DNA of 64,000 bases from NCBI GenBank assembly GCA_002269645.1, contig NIVC01000382.1, positions 1-64,000 of the forward strand, written 5' to 3'. The DNA is from Macrostomum lignano. Lineage: Eukaryota. Below the pieces are notes generated by a model. It was given only the letters and a program-made list of their open reading frames with translations. It did not search any database and was not told the DNA's origin. The position numbers and the translations under genes were made by a program. The first letter of the stretch is position 1. Every line of letters starts with the position of its first letter. This document shows, piece after piece, positions 17,601-29,858 of this stretch.

Positions 17601-19571
17601 GGCAGTGGAGGCATGTGCACTGCTCCATCTGCGGAATTTTCTGTCAAGAGAGCGACGATGAGAACTTCGAAACGAGATCAACGGACGTACGCCGACGTTG
17701 TGAGACAAAGTCCCTCGGAGCGACCTAATCCTGACGCCGACAAGACGGTGCCGTGTGATCGACCTGGAGCCATTAAAGCGGAGACTGCGGGAATCCGGAC
17801 CCCTCAGCCATGCCGCGCTGTGCTCACTGATTTTCTGAAGCTGCCGATGACTCGCCAACAGTTCGTTGAAGCCCAGCGCGCTGACCGAGCCATCAACTAT
17901 GTGCTCAACCTGGTCAAGGACGAAGCCCCAAAGCCTGAGTTCGACGCCCAGTTGCGCCTGACGAAGGAGCAGCGGAACCTGCTCGGATACTACGAGAACC
18001 TGCAGGAGGACAACGGCCTGCTACTGATTGACCTGTCCGATGGCCAGCAGCCGCCAAAGGTTGTTCTGCCTGAGGCCCTTGACGCCCAGGTGCTCCAGGA
18101 GCTCCACAGTTCGCCACTGTGTGGACACCTTGGCGAGACGAAGACGTTACTGCGGCTACGAGAACGGTTCTGGAGACCCAGATTAGCCCGTGCTACCAAG
18201 ACCTTCATCAGTAAGTGCCGCACTTGCCTTGAAAGTAAATTGCGACGGCGAGAGAGAGTTCCGGTCTAGAGCTTCCCAGTCTGCGAAGTTCTGGGTAGAA
18301 TCCACTGTGATGTAGTAGGACCAATCGCGCAGAAAAGCAAGAGCGGCAACCGCTACATCCTGACCTTGTGCGATGCGACGTCGAAGTATCCATTCGCCTA
18401 CCCGATGAGAAACCAGAAAGCCAAGACAGTCATCAAGCTTCTGCAGAAGCGCTTCATCCCTGAGTTCGGTGTACCATGCTGGATCCACACCGACCAAGGC
18501 ACCAACTTCACCGGCTCGGCCTTCAAGAAGTTCTGCGACCTGTTTGGCATTCGGCATACAACAACAACACTGTACAATCCAGCTTCCAATGGACAAGTTG
18601 AGAACCTCAACAAGCAGCTGAAGAGTGTCCTCACCTGTCTTCTCGAGCGCAACCACAACGACTGGGACACCTTCCTTCCGGCTTGTTTGATGGCTCTCCG
18701 CTCCAGCGTGCACCCGGTGACCGGTTTCACGCCTAACTATCTGGTGTTCGGCCGTGATTTCCGACTCCCGATAGACAACGCGCTGAAGAAGCTGCCCGAG
18801 TATGCCGACCTGCCCGACTACATCAAAGACTTCCAACGTCGCCTGGACGAGGCAACTGAGCTGGCCAAGGAGCGCCTGCATCTGCATCAGCAACTGCGAG
18901 ACGAGCACTACTCGAACCTGCCCGCCGCTAAGAAGCTTTAACTGGGTGATCTGGTCTTCCTCAACAACCCGGCACTCGAGCCGGACGAGGCAGCAAAATT
19001 TCATCGACAGCGCAAAGCACTGTACGAAGTCGTCGAGCCCAAGGGCGAGGTCGTCTACAAGATTCGACGGAGACTGCCAAACCCGAGAGCTAGACGAGAC
19101 GAACTAGTCGTCCATCGCCAGAACCTTCTGCTCGTGCCTGACGCTGACTACACGAGGACTTCCGATCCTGAAGTCGACAAGCCAAGGACGCGTCGGCGAC
19201 CACCTGACGTTCCCGACGGCGCAGGACCCGCGACCCTGACGCCGATCCCCGAGGACGACCAGGACGACGCCGATGATGACGATGATGATGGCTACGATGC
19301 AAGGCCGGCCCTCCGGTGGCACTTCCGGCCTTTGGCGATCCCGAAGGTGCAGCCAGGAGGTGGACAGGTCACGACACCAGCGAACCAGGCAAGTGCATTT
19401 CGGCGTGAGCCAGTGCCGTATGGTGAATGCCATTTGCATGAGCCTGTTCCTAATGCGTCTATGCCTGCTGTTTCTTTTCCTCCCGTTTCTGCCCCGCCCC
19501 CAGCGCTGCTTTTTCTGTGGTCCAGACCCCTGGGCCGTCGTTATGCACCACTCCGGTGGAAGCGTCTGTAG
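14650..19571 (+). pseudogene. pol: pol (protease, RT, RNase H, integrase), disrupted
   Basis: Protease LDSGS preceded by two TGA stops; frameshift near 15050; RT YMDD; RNase H DTDAS..KELLAI..SDHRAL; integrase HHCC region and D-D-E (CDVVGP, TDQGTNF, QVENLN); in-frame stops TAG 18267 and TAA 18939; GPY/F-like tail YEVVE..VYKI..VVH. Confidence 0.93.
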
Positions 19572-20074
19572 GAATTGTAGATGCCGGTAGGCCGGCTAGG
19601 AACCGTAGGCAGCCTGAGAGGCTGATTATTAATCCTAGGGCCAAGACTTATGTTAGCCGCATCGCCCGCATCCGCTCGCAAATTGAACCGCATTTCAGCG
19701 GCGAAGTGCACCGCCGCTCATTCAAGCGCACTGAGCGCTCGCCAACCGAAGAGGACCGAGCCTCTTCCCGCCGCAACCGGCCTAGGACGGAGTCGGAGCC
19801 AATTGGGGCCATGGCCGGCCAATACGAGCGGTTTGGCGGGCCACCTGATGCCCCACGTCGACCAGTCCTGACCCGTGTGGGCAGGCCATTGGGCAGGCCA
19901 GCGCAGCCTGAGCAGCCACCGCGTCGACGCTTGCCGCCGCCAGAGCGATGGTCCTTGCTCGAGGCCCGCCGGTGAGGAACAGGACCTTGCCAGACCGCCA
20001 GGGCCCAGCGTGAGATCTTTAGTGATCTCACGAACTCGGGGAATCGGACCCCGGTATGGCGCCTGCAGTCGCCT

Positions 20075-20710
20075 GTGGCAGAGAGCGCTCAGCAGATGAA
20101 CGTGGCACTGAGCACTCAGGTCAACCGAGAGCTCCTGCGGCAACGCCGGGACCTGAAGGCCCAACTGACCACCGAAGGCCCAGCTGCCCGTCGCCCAAAG
20201 CCGGAACCTGCGGCCCCAGCCCCGGAAGCCACCGGGCACGACCACCTTGGAGCTGGAACTTTGGCCTCGACTCTGGACGTGGTAGCTGAGCAGGAAACCA
20301 GCCAGCCTCCAGTCCCTTTGTCCCCGCAGGTGCCCCAAGTTCTGCGATTAGTCGGGCCGGAGCTGCGGGTCGAGCTTGCCTCCCCGCCGAGTGAAGGCTT
20401 GCCGCTGCTGCCGACAGTGCCCGAAGATGATCCGGCCAGCAACGGCCGGTGCGAGGTGGCCACGCAGACCAGCGACTCAGTCTGTCCGGGGCCTGAGATG
20501 TCGAACAGCGCCCAATCGACCGACTCGGCTGCAGGCCTGCAGAACATCAGCCTGCCTCCAGTCCCGCCGAACTCGCCAGAGGGCCCAAGCGTTGCCACCG
20601 CTGCCGCAACTGCCCCGCCGGCCGGCATCGAGCCGGCACCAGACCATCTTGAGGCTGAGGCCATGCCGGCACCAGACCATCTTGAGGCTGAGGCCATGCC
20701 CCCGGGCTGA
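20075..20710 (+). CDS. Extra ORF inside the LTR element (211 aa; coiled-coil-like start, Pro/Ala-rich)
   Basis: Open frame downstream of integrase; no family recognised. Confidence 0.35.
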   Translation: MAESAQQMNVALSTQVNRELLRQRRDLKAQLTTEGPAARRPKPEPAAPAPEATGHDHLGAGTLASTLDVVAEQETSQPPVPLSPQVPQVLRLVGPELRVELASPPSEGLPLLPTVPEDDPASNGRCEVATQTSDSVCPGPEMSNSAQSTDSAAGLQNISLPPVPPNSPEGPSVATAAATAPPAGIEPAPDHLEAEAMPAPDHLEAEAMPPG

Positions 20711-20712
20711 GG

Positions 20713-21015
20713 ATGGCTATTGATCATTATATAGCTGCCGTCTACTACATCGCCCGGCTGCTAACGACGGCGGCGCACCTGGGCACGCTCCCAATGGTGG
20801 CCGAATGGCCACAATGGGCCACTCTCCGGGCCCTCACTGACGATGACTGGCAGCGGCTCCTCGATGACACCGCTGAAGTTGCTGCCCCCAACCTGAGGTG
20901 GCCGCGATACCCGGAGGTGGTGCGCTATGTGGGTTGGCTGGTGGCCGCGCAAATTGCACGATGGACGCTGGTGGTGCCGGCCCTTATTGAGAACTGCAAC
21001 CTAAATGTGGAGTGA
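20713..21015 (+). CDS. Extra small ORF inside the LTR element (100 aa)
   Basis: ATG 2 nt after the upstream stop (TGAGGATG); Trp-rich, globular-looking sequence; no family recognised. Confidence 0.4.
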   Translation: MAIDHYIAAVYYIARLLTTAAHLGTLPMVAEWPQWATLRALTDDDWQRLLDDTAEVAAPNLRWPRYPEVVRYVGWLVAAQIARWTLVVPALIENCNLNVE

Positions 21016-21543
21016 ACTAGCAATGTTCCGCCCCCGAATAGCTGCATGCTCAATCTTTAATCCTGCCATGTCATGGTGCCAACATTACTTTTCTATTTAG
21101 GCACGTTTTCCCGGGCCTGCACCCCCGAACTGTCCGTGACTCGTCTCTGCTCATTCACGCCCGAGGGACCCTATGCCCTCCGTTTTAAGTTCTCTTTTCG
21201 GGCTCTGCCTTGGCGTGGGCAACCCACGTGAATTGCTTGCCAATAACTGCACCTCTCCACGTTTTTGCGCCTGTTAAGGTGCCTCCACCACGGGTTCTAC
21301 ACTTGCTGCTAGCATCCTGGCATTTAGGCGCCTTTTCTTTGCTGGCTGGCGTCCCCCCTTTTAATTGTGTGCATTAAATCCGGGTCGCACCATGGGCCCT
21401 GACCCAGCCCTTGCCTCTGCGCCGTGTGATATACTATCCTTTTGCCACTGCCGATTATGTTTTAACTATAGCCAAAGTTTTTTTACCTTTTAAATAAAGG
21501 CGCGCTCTGCCTTCACTCCGCCTCTTTATTTAAATGGGGAGAG

Positions 21544-22538
21544 TGTAGTGAGCCGCTAGTTTATGGTTAGGCGTCGCCCTAGTCAGCCGTTCCCTTGCCC
21601 TCCCTTTGGGTTGCCGTCTGCCGCTGGTCAGTTTCCCATTCCCTTTTGTTTGCCTATTGCCCCGTGTCTTTTCCGCCCTGCTGCATTTCCATTCTTAGCC
21701 CTCAGTCTCTCGGCTGTGGGCTGTCTCTGTTTCGCTTCCATCCTGTTTTCCTCTGTCATGTGAGCAAGTCACATGACAGCTCTTGCATTCTCTGAGTCTT
21801 AAAGTGCAGTAAACATGTTTACTGCACTCGTTGGCCCTGTTTACCGGGTGAGTCACATGCTTTTGGACCCCTCCCTTCTCTAAGGAGAGGAGTGACTCAT
21901 GTTTCTAAAAATAGCAACTGAGTCATAGCCATGTGCACTCTGCCAGGGACCCTCAAGTGACATCAGTTCTAAAAATAGAACAAGTCACAAGGTCTTCCGT
22001 GCACTTGTACCCTGCCCGAGACTATCGAGTGACGTCAGTTCTAAAAATAGAACAAGTCACGAGGTCTTGAGTGCGGGTGTTTCCCAGCTATAAATAGGAG
22101 CTCTCTCCCCCTTGTTTCTGTCAAGGAGTCTTCTTTCTGTTCAACCTCGAGTTCTATGTCTGCGTGTGACTAAATCCCGAGTGTCCAAGCCTTTGCGCAT
22201 ATTGATTCTATTCCTATTGCTCCAACTGAAACCCGACCAAGTCAACCCAAGTCTACGAGAGGCTAACTCAGCCCTCCCTCTACCATCCTAGCCCGGCAGG
22301 TACTGCTGACGAGACGCCCTATTCGTTGCGCTCTAAATCTGCACGCTGTGCTGTGTTCGTTGACTTCATTATTTCGTTCCGACGGGAAGCTCACCTCACT
22401 GAAGGCCGAGACCTGAAGGAACTGGTGGCAGCACTACCTACGCTACTGAGAGAGCTAAGAGAACTTCCCACTGAAGAGGCTCGAGATTTAAGGTAATCTG
22501 CAAGGGCCTAATCCGGGAAGCAAACAGCCAGCATTTCA
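21544..22538 (+). repeat. 3' LTR (995 bp)
   Basis: Carries ~40 bp and ~70 bp extra segments relative to the 5' LTR; TATA box TATAAATA intact. Confidence 0.95.
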
Positions 22539-24188
22539 TTAGAATTAGATATTTCAATTTTGAAAGAATATAATAATTTCATAACATTTTTATAACAACT
22601 TGTATTGATAAAATCTTTTTCCAAAAAAGTATTCTTTATTTCGTTTGTTGAGCTAATAGGCCTATATATGTTAAAAGTTTTATTTGATTTAAATAATACA
22701 TTCGCTAGGCCTACATAGATTGGATCATATTATTTGACAATACTGCATTTTTAAAATTGTCATATTATATTGTATAATGCATTGGCTATGCAAGGACTTT
22801 ATTGCAATAGGTCTAAAATTCATTAGAAAACCTATTCTTTTATTACCAAATAATTCCTTTTTGCTATATGGGCCCTAGATGAATTTCCTTAATACTGTTT
22901 ATTTTTATAGTTTTTTGGATAAAAGTTCTAGTAAATAGACCATTTTCTTGAATATGGGCTACAAATAAAAGGATTAGACTACATATAGGGGGCCTATTAT
23001 GACTACTTTATTCCTCTCTCTAAGCATTAAAGCAGAATTTGAGTTTAAGTTTATAGAAATAGAAGTACCATGATAGAAGTTTTTTGGTCTTGAATATATT
23101 CTATTAGGGCATACATACCACGAGCTAGGCAAATCTTTAAGAATTGTTTTCTAAACTTGAATTTATATACTCATAAAATTCATTTCCAATACACAAGTCT
23201 ATTTCTAACATAACTGGAAACAAACTAATAAATTATGAACTAGAAGTTGAGTTTGAGTTAAGCTAGGCCCAACCAAATAATTTAATAGATACTCACTTGC
23301 ATTTATATCTATTCAAAGATAATGACTAGGGCTTGTTAGTTCAACTAGATGGTCAATGAGTACCTAAGCATAGATGTCCCAAATGAAATTACATCAATCA
23401 ACAAGTGCGTAGGCTTATTTATCAATACTTAGTAGGCCTAAGCAGCTTCTCTTTGCTTTCTCAATTGACTACTAGTTGATGAGCTAGACTAGTTACACCA
23501 GGCTAAGCTTTGAGGCCTTAAAGAATGAGTCTTTAAAGATTAAAACCTGAAACTAACAATCATTGTAATCCTAGGAGAAGACATATCTAGGATTATAAGG
23601 ATAAATATGTATCAATCACTTACTCAATATTAAAAGCAAATGATATTATCACTAGACACTAGGCTAGATAAGCATTGTAGTAGCATTGGTTTTGAATTAA
23701 TCAATACATTGCTAGCCAACTGATTGCTGACCATGTCACTAGGCCTAGACCTAGGCCCTACCTAATTTTCTTTTTTAATAAAACAAGTAAAATAATATAG
23801 CCTAGGCCTAGCCTAGGCTAGTCAATATCAAAACAAAATTTCAGTCTTTTTATATTAGAGTAGAGTCAGAGACAAAAAATTAATTAATTAGATTATCTTG
23901 CATATGCAAGCAGTAGGCCTAGTATGCCTATGGCTAGGCCAACCTACCTATAGGGCCTAGCCTGCGCCCTGTGGGGCTACTAGGCCTACTATTCTATTTA
24001 GTAGTAGGCCTAGGCCCTATTACTACCTGCACTTCCCATTCCCAGCACTAGAGCCTAGGGATAGTTCTAGCTAGACTAGGAAAGGTGACTGGGTAACTTA
24101 CTTACTACTTACTACTGACGGGGGGCGCAGGCGCCGCGAATAGGCCGCGAGGCCCCTATCGCAACCCCAAGGTAAAAGAGCACAAGGA

Positions 24189-27100
24189 TTAGCCTTGGGG
24201 GTGCGCCCAGTCCCCGCCAGTAGTCGGCAGGTCCGCAGTGGAGGCATCGGCGACCCTCATCCGGCCGGAGTCCCGGACGAAGGCGCGGAGGTCTCGGATA
24301 TTGTCCGCGGTGGTCAGCTCGTCCATCCGCTGGGGTGGCCGAGGTATTTGTGCCGCGCCTTGTTGAAGTAAGGGCAGAAGGTGACGTGATGCTCCGCGGT
24401 CTCCTCTCCTATGCCACAGAAGGGACAGGTGGGAGGGCAACCGGTTTGCAACGATATATGTCTCTGGAAGAATCCGTGGCCGGTTAGGACCATGCACATC
24501 TCCCTGAGGTCGGTTCTGTTAAGCGAAATCAGATAATCAGAGACTTTCCTGTTCAGGTTAGGCATGGCAGAGCGGCTCTGCCTGTACTCGGTGCAGCTGT
24601 TCCAGTGGAGCTGGTGCTGCTGATGGAGCCACCTGTTGATATGGCGGGTGACTTGTGACCTGGGGGTGGGTAGCCTCATCAGACGGTGGTTGCCGTCTGG
24701 GTTGCTGCCCTCCTTGGCGAGAGAGTCCGCGAGCTCGTTGCCCAGGATGTTGCTGTGACCAGGTGTCCAGATAATTCTAATCCTGTTAAGGACTGAGAGA
24801 GATTGCACACTGCGGTGGCATTGAGATACTGTAGCAGCGGAGATATTCTCAGTGGTTAAGGCCTTAATAGCAGCTTGGCTATCAGTGTAGAAATTAATGT
24901 CAAAATTATTAATGTTCGCCTGAAACAGTTGCTGGGCACACTGCTCAATGGCGCAAATTTCAGCTTGGAAAACTGAGGTGTTCTCACCGAGGTGCAGACT
25001 TTCCTGGAGAAGCATCTTACCCTCGTGGAAAATGGCAATACCCGCTCCAGCGCGGCCGTTGAACAGCGAGCCGTCGGTGAAGCAGTGAATGCCCTGGCTG
25101 CGCCGGTTCACACCGACATCCAGCGGAATGTTGTCTCGGCCAGGGATGGCGGTCTTGAAGCCCCTCCTGATGTTGAGGGCGGGAGGTCGACTATCCACAT
25201 TGCCCAGGTCCATGTGGATGTTGTTAAGGTCGCGGCGGACAAAGTCCATATGCGGGATTAATGTTTTCATTGGCATAAAGCCAGAGGGCGCGTTATTTAA
25301 CGTTTTATCTCTGATAAGCCGGGAGGCAGACTTCATAGCCTCCGCCCTAATAAATAGGTGAAGCGGAGGTAGGTTAAGGATAGTGTTCAGCCCCTCGTAA
25401 GGGGTGGACGGGTACGCACCTGTGATGGCACGGCAAATGCTGCCCTGAAGCTGGTACAGCCGCTGACGGGCGGCCTTCTGCTCCAGCACGCTAGTCCAGA
25501 TGAGACTCGCGTATGTGATACTGGGCCGGATGATGCCGGTATAAATCCAACGGACCGTTCTAGGCGAGAGGCCCCAAGTCGACCCGATGGCTCTGCGCAG
25601 CTGGGCAAAGCAGCGTTTTGCCCGACCGATGACGTTATCAAGGTGCTTCGTCCAGCGCAGGTCATGCGTTAGCGTCACACCGAGGTATTTGACCTCCTTC
25701 TTGAAGGGGATGTTTCTGCCATAGACAGTGAGGTTTTTCATCTCCCACTTACGGCGCTTGGTGAAAACGACAGCGACAGTCTTAGTGACGCTGATTTTTA
25801 GGCCATGCTGTGTAGCCCAGTCGGCCGCCTTGTCGGCGAATTGCTGCATCAGGTTGCGCAGAGTGGCGGGGTCGGGTCCGCTGACGACCGCGGCAACGTC
25901 ATCGGCGTAGCCCGCCCTGGTGATACTGCTGGGAATGTCAGCGGTTAGAAGTTCGTCCATGACGAGATTCCAGAGAAGTGGAGTTAGCACGCCACCTTGC
26001 GGGCCGCCTTTCATCACCGCCGGGTGAGGGTAACGCCCATAAGTGTGGATGTCACAAACCTTTTGCGGATCATAAAATAAATCCAGCGAACAATGCTGTG
26101 TCTTACATTCCTGCGGGAAAGAGAATTTCTGAAGGAGCGGAAGAGGACATTGTCAAATGCTCCTTCGAAGTCAACGAACAACCCGCAAGCGAGTTGTTTG
26201 CTAAGGATGGCACTCTCAATTTTGGAGGTAATGGCGTGGAGAGCATGCTCAGTCGTCCTCCCAGGCTGGAAGGCGTACTGGTACTTACTGACAGGGTCGG
26301 AGCGCAGGTCGCACTCTCGAAGCCTCCACAGGATGAGCCTCTCCATCAGCTTAACACAAAAGGAAGTGAGGCTGATGGGCCGGAAGGATTTCACGTTGGT
26401 GTAGTCACCCTTAGCAGGTTTCGGGATGAACACGACTCTGGACATTCTCCAGATTGTGGGAATGTAACCTGTGGTATAACAGTCAACAAGCAATTTAGAG
26501 AAAGAATCAGCAAAGTTTTGCAGCTTTAGCGCCTCCTGCAGGATACAGGGGGCGATATTGTCAGGGCCAGACGATTTATACGGTTTAAAAGAATTTGCTG
26601 CCAGCTGGAGTAGCTGGGGGGTGGCGCACTGCTGGAAAAGCTTGTGATCACAAGGCCTGTGGTCATCGACCACGTACTCCGGTTCGTCAACCTGCGGAAA
26701 GCAGGTGGAGAAAAGAAGATTTAGCGAACCTTCGGCACTGGTAGTGTAGTTACCATCCAGGTGCAGAAGGGAGTTACACTGAGCTAGCGTGTCGTGCCTG
26801 AGAGTCCTGACCAGCCGGGCTGTGGGGTGTTGCCCTTCCAGGCCGGCGCAGTAGGCTTTCCAGGTGGTCTTCTTAGCCCTTCGGATAGCACTTTTGTACA
26901 TCCTCAGAGCAGAGTGGTAGTTCTCCCAATCCTCTGGGGTATTCGAGCCGTTTGCGAGGCGTTGCAGTCGGCGGGTGTTTTTCTTCATGCGAGTGAGCTC
27001 TTGACTCCACCAAGGAGAGTATTTCTTCCTGCAAAACAGCTTAGGGGCGTTAGCGCGTATGGCGGTGTTTAGGATCTCAACGAGGGAGTTGCACCGATGC

Positions 27101-28004
27101 TCAATGCCAGGGAGATCCTCGCTGGAGTCCGGTAAGTTGGCTTCGGTCAGGAGTTTTAGCAGGTCTCTTCGAAAACCTGTCCAGTCGGCCTTTTTCAAAT
27201 TAAGGCGGTCCCGGTTCTCATGACGGGCTCCGACGGAGCTGATGCTGTACTGAATGTACGAGTGGTCGGAAAGCGATGGGAGGTCATCCCTAACCAGCCA
27301 GCTGTGGACCTGATTGAGGGCTTTGTTGGAGACGAGAGTGAGGTCGATAACCTCACGCCGATTAGAGACAATAAATGTGGGTTTGCTGCCTCTGTTGCAA
27401 ATGTGTAACGAGGAGGAGTTAATGAAATCAATTAGTAAGTCACCGCGCCTGTTAGTATCGCTACTAGACCAGGCAGTGTTGTGGGCGTTAGCATCGCAGC
27501 TAACGATAAGCTTCCGATCCTGGAGATTACAGAAGTCCGCCAGCTCCTGCAGGAGGGGGGGAGGGACGTCCTCCTGAATGTCCAGGTAAGCGGAAACGAA
27601 GGTCAAGTCAAAGACTGAGAAAGTACACATGTCTTTAGAGCAAAACATTGGCATAATAGTGGCCGGGAGGTCGTTTTTGACGAGGGCGATAGCTCTGGGG
27701 GTGTCGTTCGCGCAGAGGTACAGAACCTGATAGCCTGGCGGCAGGCAGGTCGGCTTCCCCTTGCGGGTATACGGTTCCTGAATAAGGTAGATGTCAACTT
27801 CCTTGTTGGCAAAGGTGCCTGAAAGGTTGCTAGATGCTGCAAGGGCGTGGTGCAGGTTGATCTGAATAATGTGCAGGTTAACAGGTTGGTTCGCCGGCGG
27901 CGGATTATTTATTTGGTTGCTGGTGGCAGTGTCATCATTGGGCTGGCCGTTAAGGTTCGCCCTCAGCGCCCCGCTCCTAGTTTGGCACGGGGTTGGGAAC
28001 GGCA

Positions 28005-28005
<1 letters not shown>
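24189..28005 (-). CDS. LINE ORF2: AP endonuclease, reverse transcriptase, RNase H, CCHC domain
   Basis: APE QINLHH/IQEP/SCDANAH/SDH; RT PGPD-like SSGPDNI, FRPISL, DFEGAFD, PQGGVL, YADD; RNase H TDGS/AEI/TDSQ/PGH..GNELAD; CPFC..ETAEH..C. Split by two apparent 1-bp deletions (~26020, ~24332). Confidence 0.92.
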
Positions 28006-29018
<1,013 letters not shown>

Positions 29019-29858
29019 CTACCCTCTGCCACGGTAAACAGCAGAGAAGCTTTGGGTTGCCGTCTTATCCCAGGATTGCTCCCAGGCGAGGCTCCGGCAG
29101 GCCCCCGGTCCACACTCTGCAAGATCAGGGGGCGGGAGGCCGGCTGCGGGCTTGGGACACAGGCGCCAGGTCGAGTTGACAGCCGACGCCCGAGCCCTCC
29201 CCCACAAGAGCGGCCCTCGAGAACCCGTGTGGTACCAGTTGCAACTAAGGGCTGTCGATGGGTAGTTGGCGCTTAGCCAGCAGCCAACTACTTAGCAGCC
29301 ACCTGCCCCGCAAAAAAGCAGCAGGGGGGATCCGTCCCCCACCAGCAGACCAAGACGAGGAAGCTAGCCGCTTCCACGCCAGGCCAGAACGAAAAGGAGG
29401 GGGAAGAGCCTCCTCGAAAAACGAAAAGCTGGCGGATGTCACAGAGTCCCTCGGTTTAAGTTGCCGTTTGCCCCCCAAGGTGACTGGGTAATCTTCTTGT
29501 CGACTTGTCCCAGATGCAGTCTTGTCCCAGACACAGCAAGCCTGCTTGGTAATAGACTAGTAGGGTTTAGGCCTAGCCTAGCCCCAGGGTTTTTTTTTTG
29601 TGCGCAGAGTGTGCGTATGCACCCTAAATTTTAAAATCGCACCCTGAAATTAAAAAAGTAGGTGCGGTTTAGGTGCGGTCTTATAACCATTTTTCTTTAA
29701 AGGCTTAACCATGCTTAAGCTATTTTTTATGCACTGCCTTCAAATATGAAACAAAATAACTCTTTAAATTCTATTAAGTCATATAGGCGATATAGCCTAT
29801 AGCTATAGCCTTATGTAAGATATTAAAATATACATTCCCAGTTGTCTGAAATGTGAGC

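Larger units (their letters stand above)
12444..22538 (+). mobile_element. Full-length Ty3/Gypsy LTR retrotransposon (~10.1 kb), inactivated
   Basis: LTRs TGTAGTG...TTTCA at 12444-13328 and 21544-22538; 4-bp TSD TTAG (12440-12443, 22539-22542); PBS-like TGGTGAC at 13330; PPT ATGGGGAGAG before the 3' LTR; domain order PR-RT-RH-IN. Confidence 0.97.

Noticed and set aside
25978-26529. Antisense ORFs over LINE and Gypsy coding regions (e.g. 25978..26529+, 18183..19004-)
   Set aside because: Expected shadow ORFs of GC-rich coding sequence, with no independent motifs.
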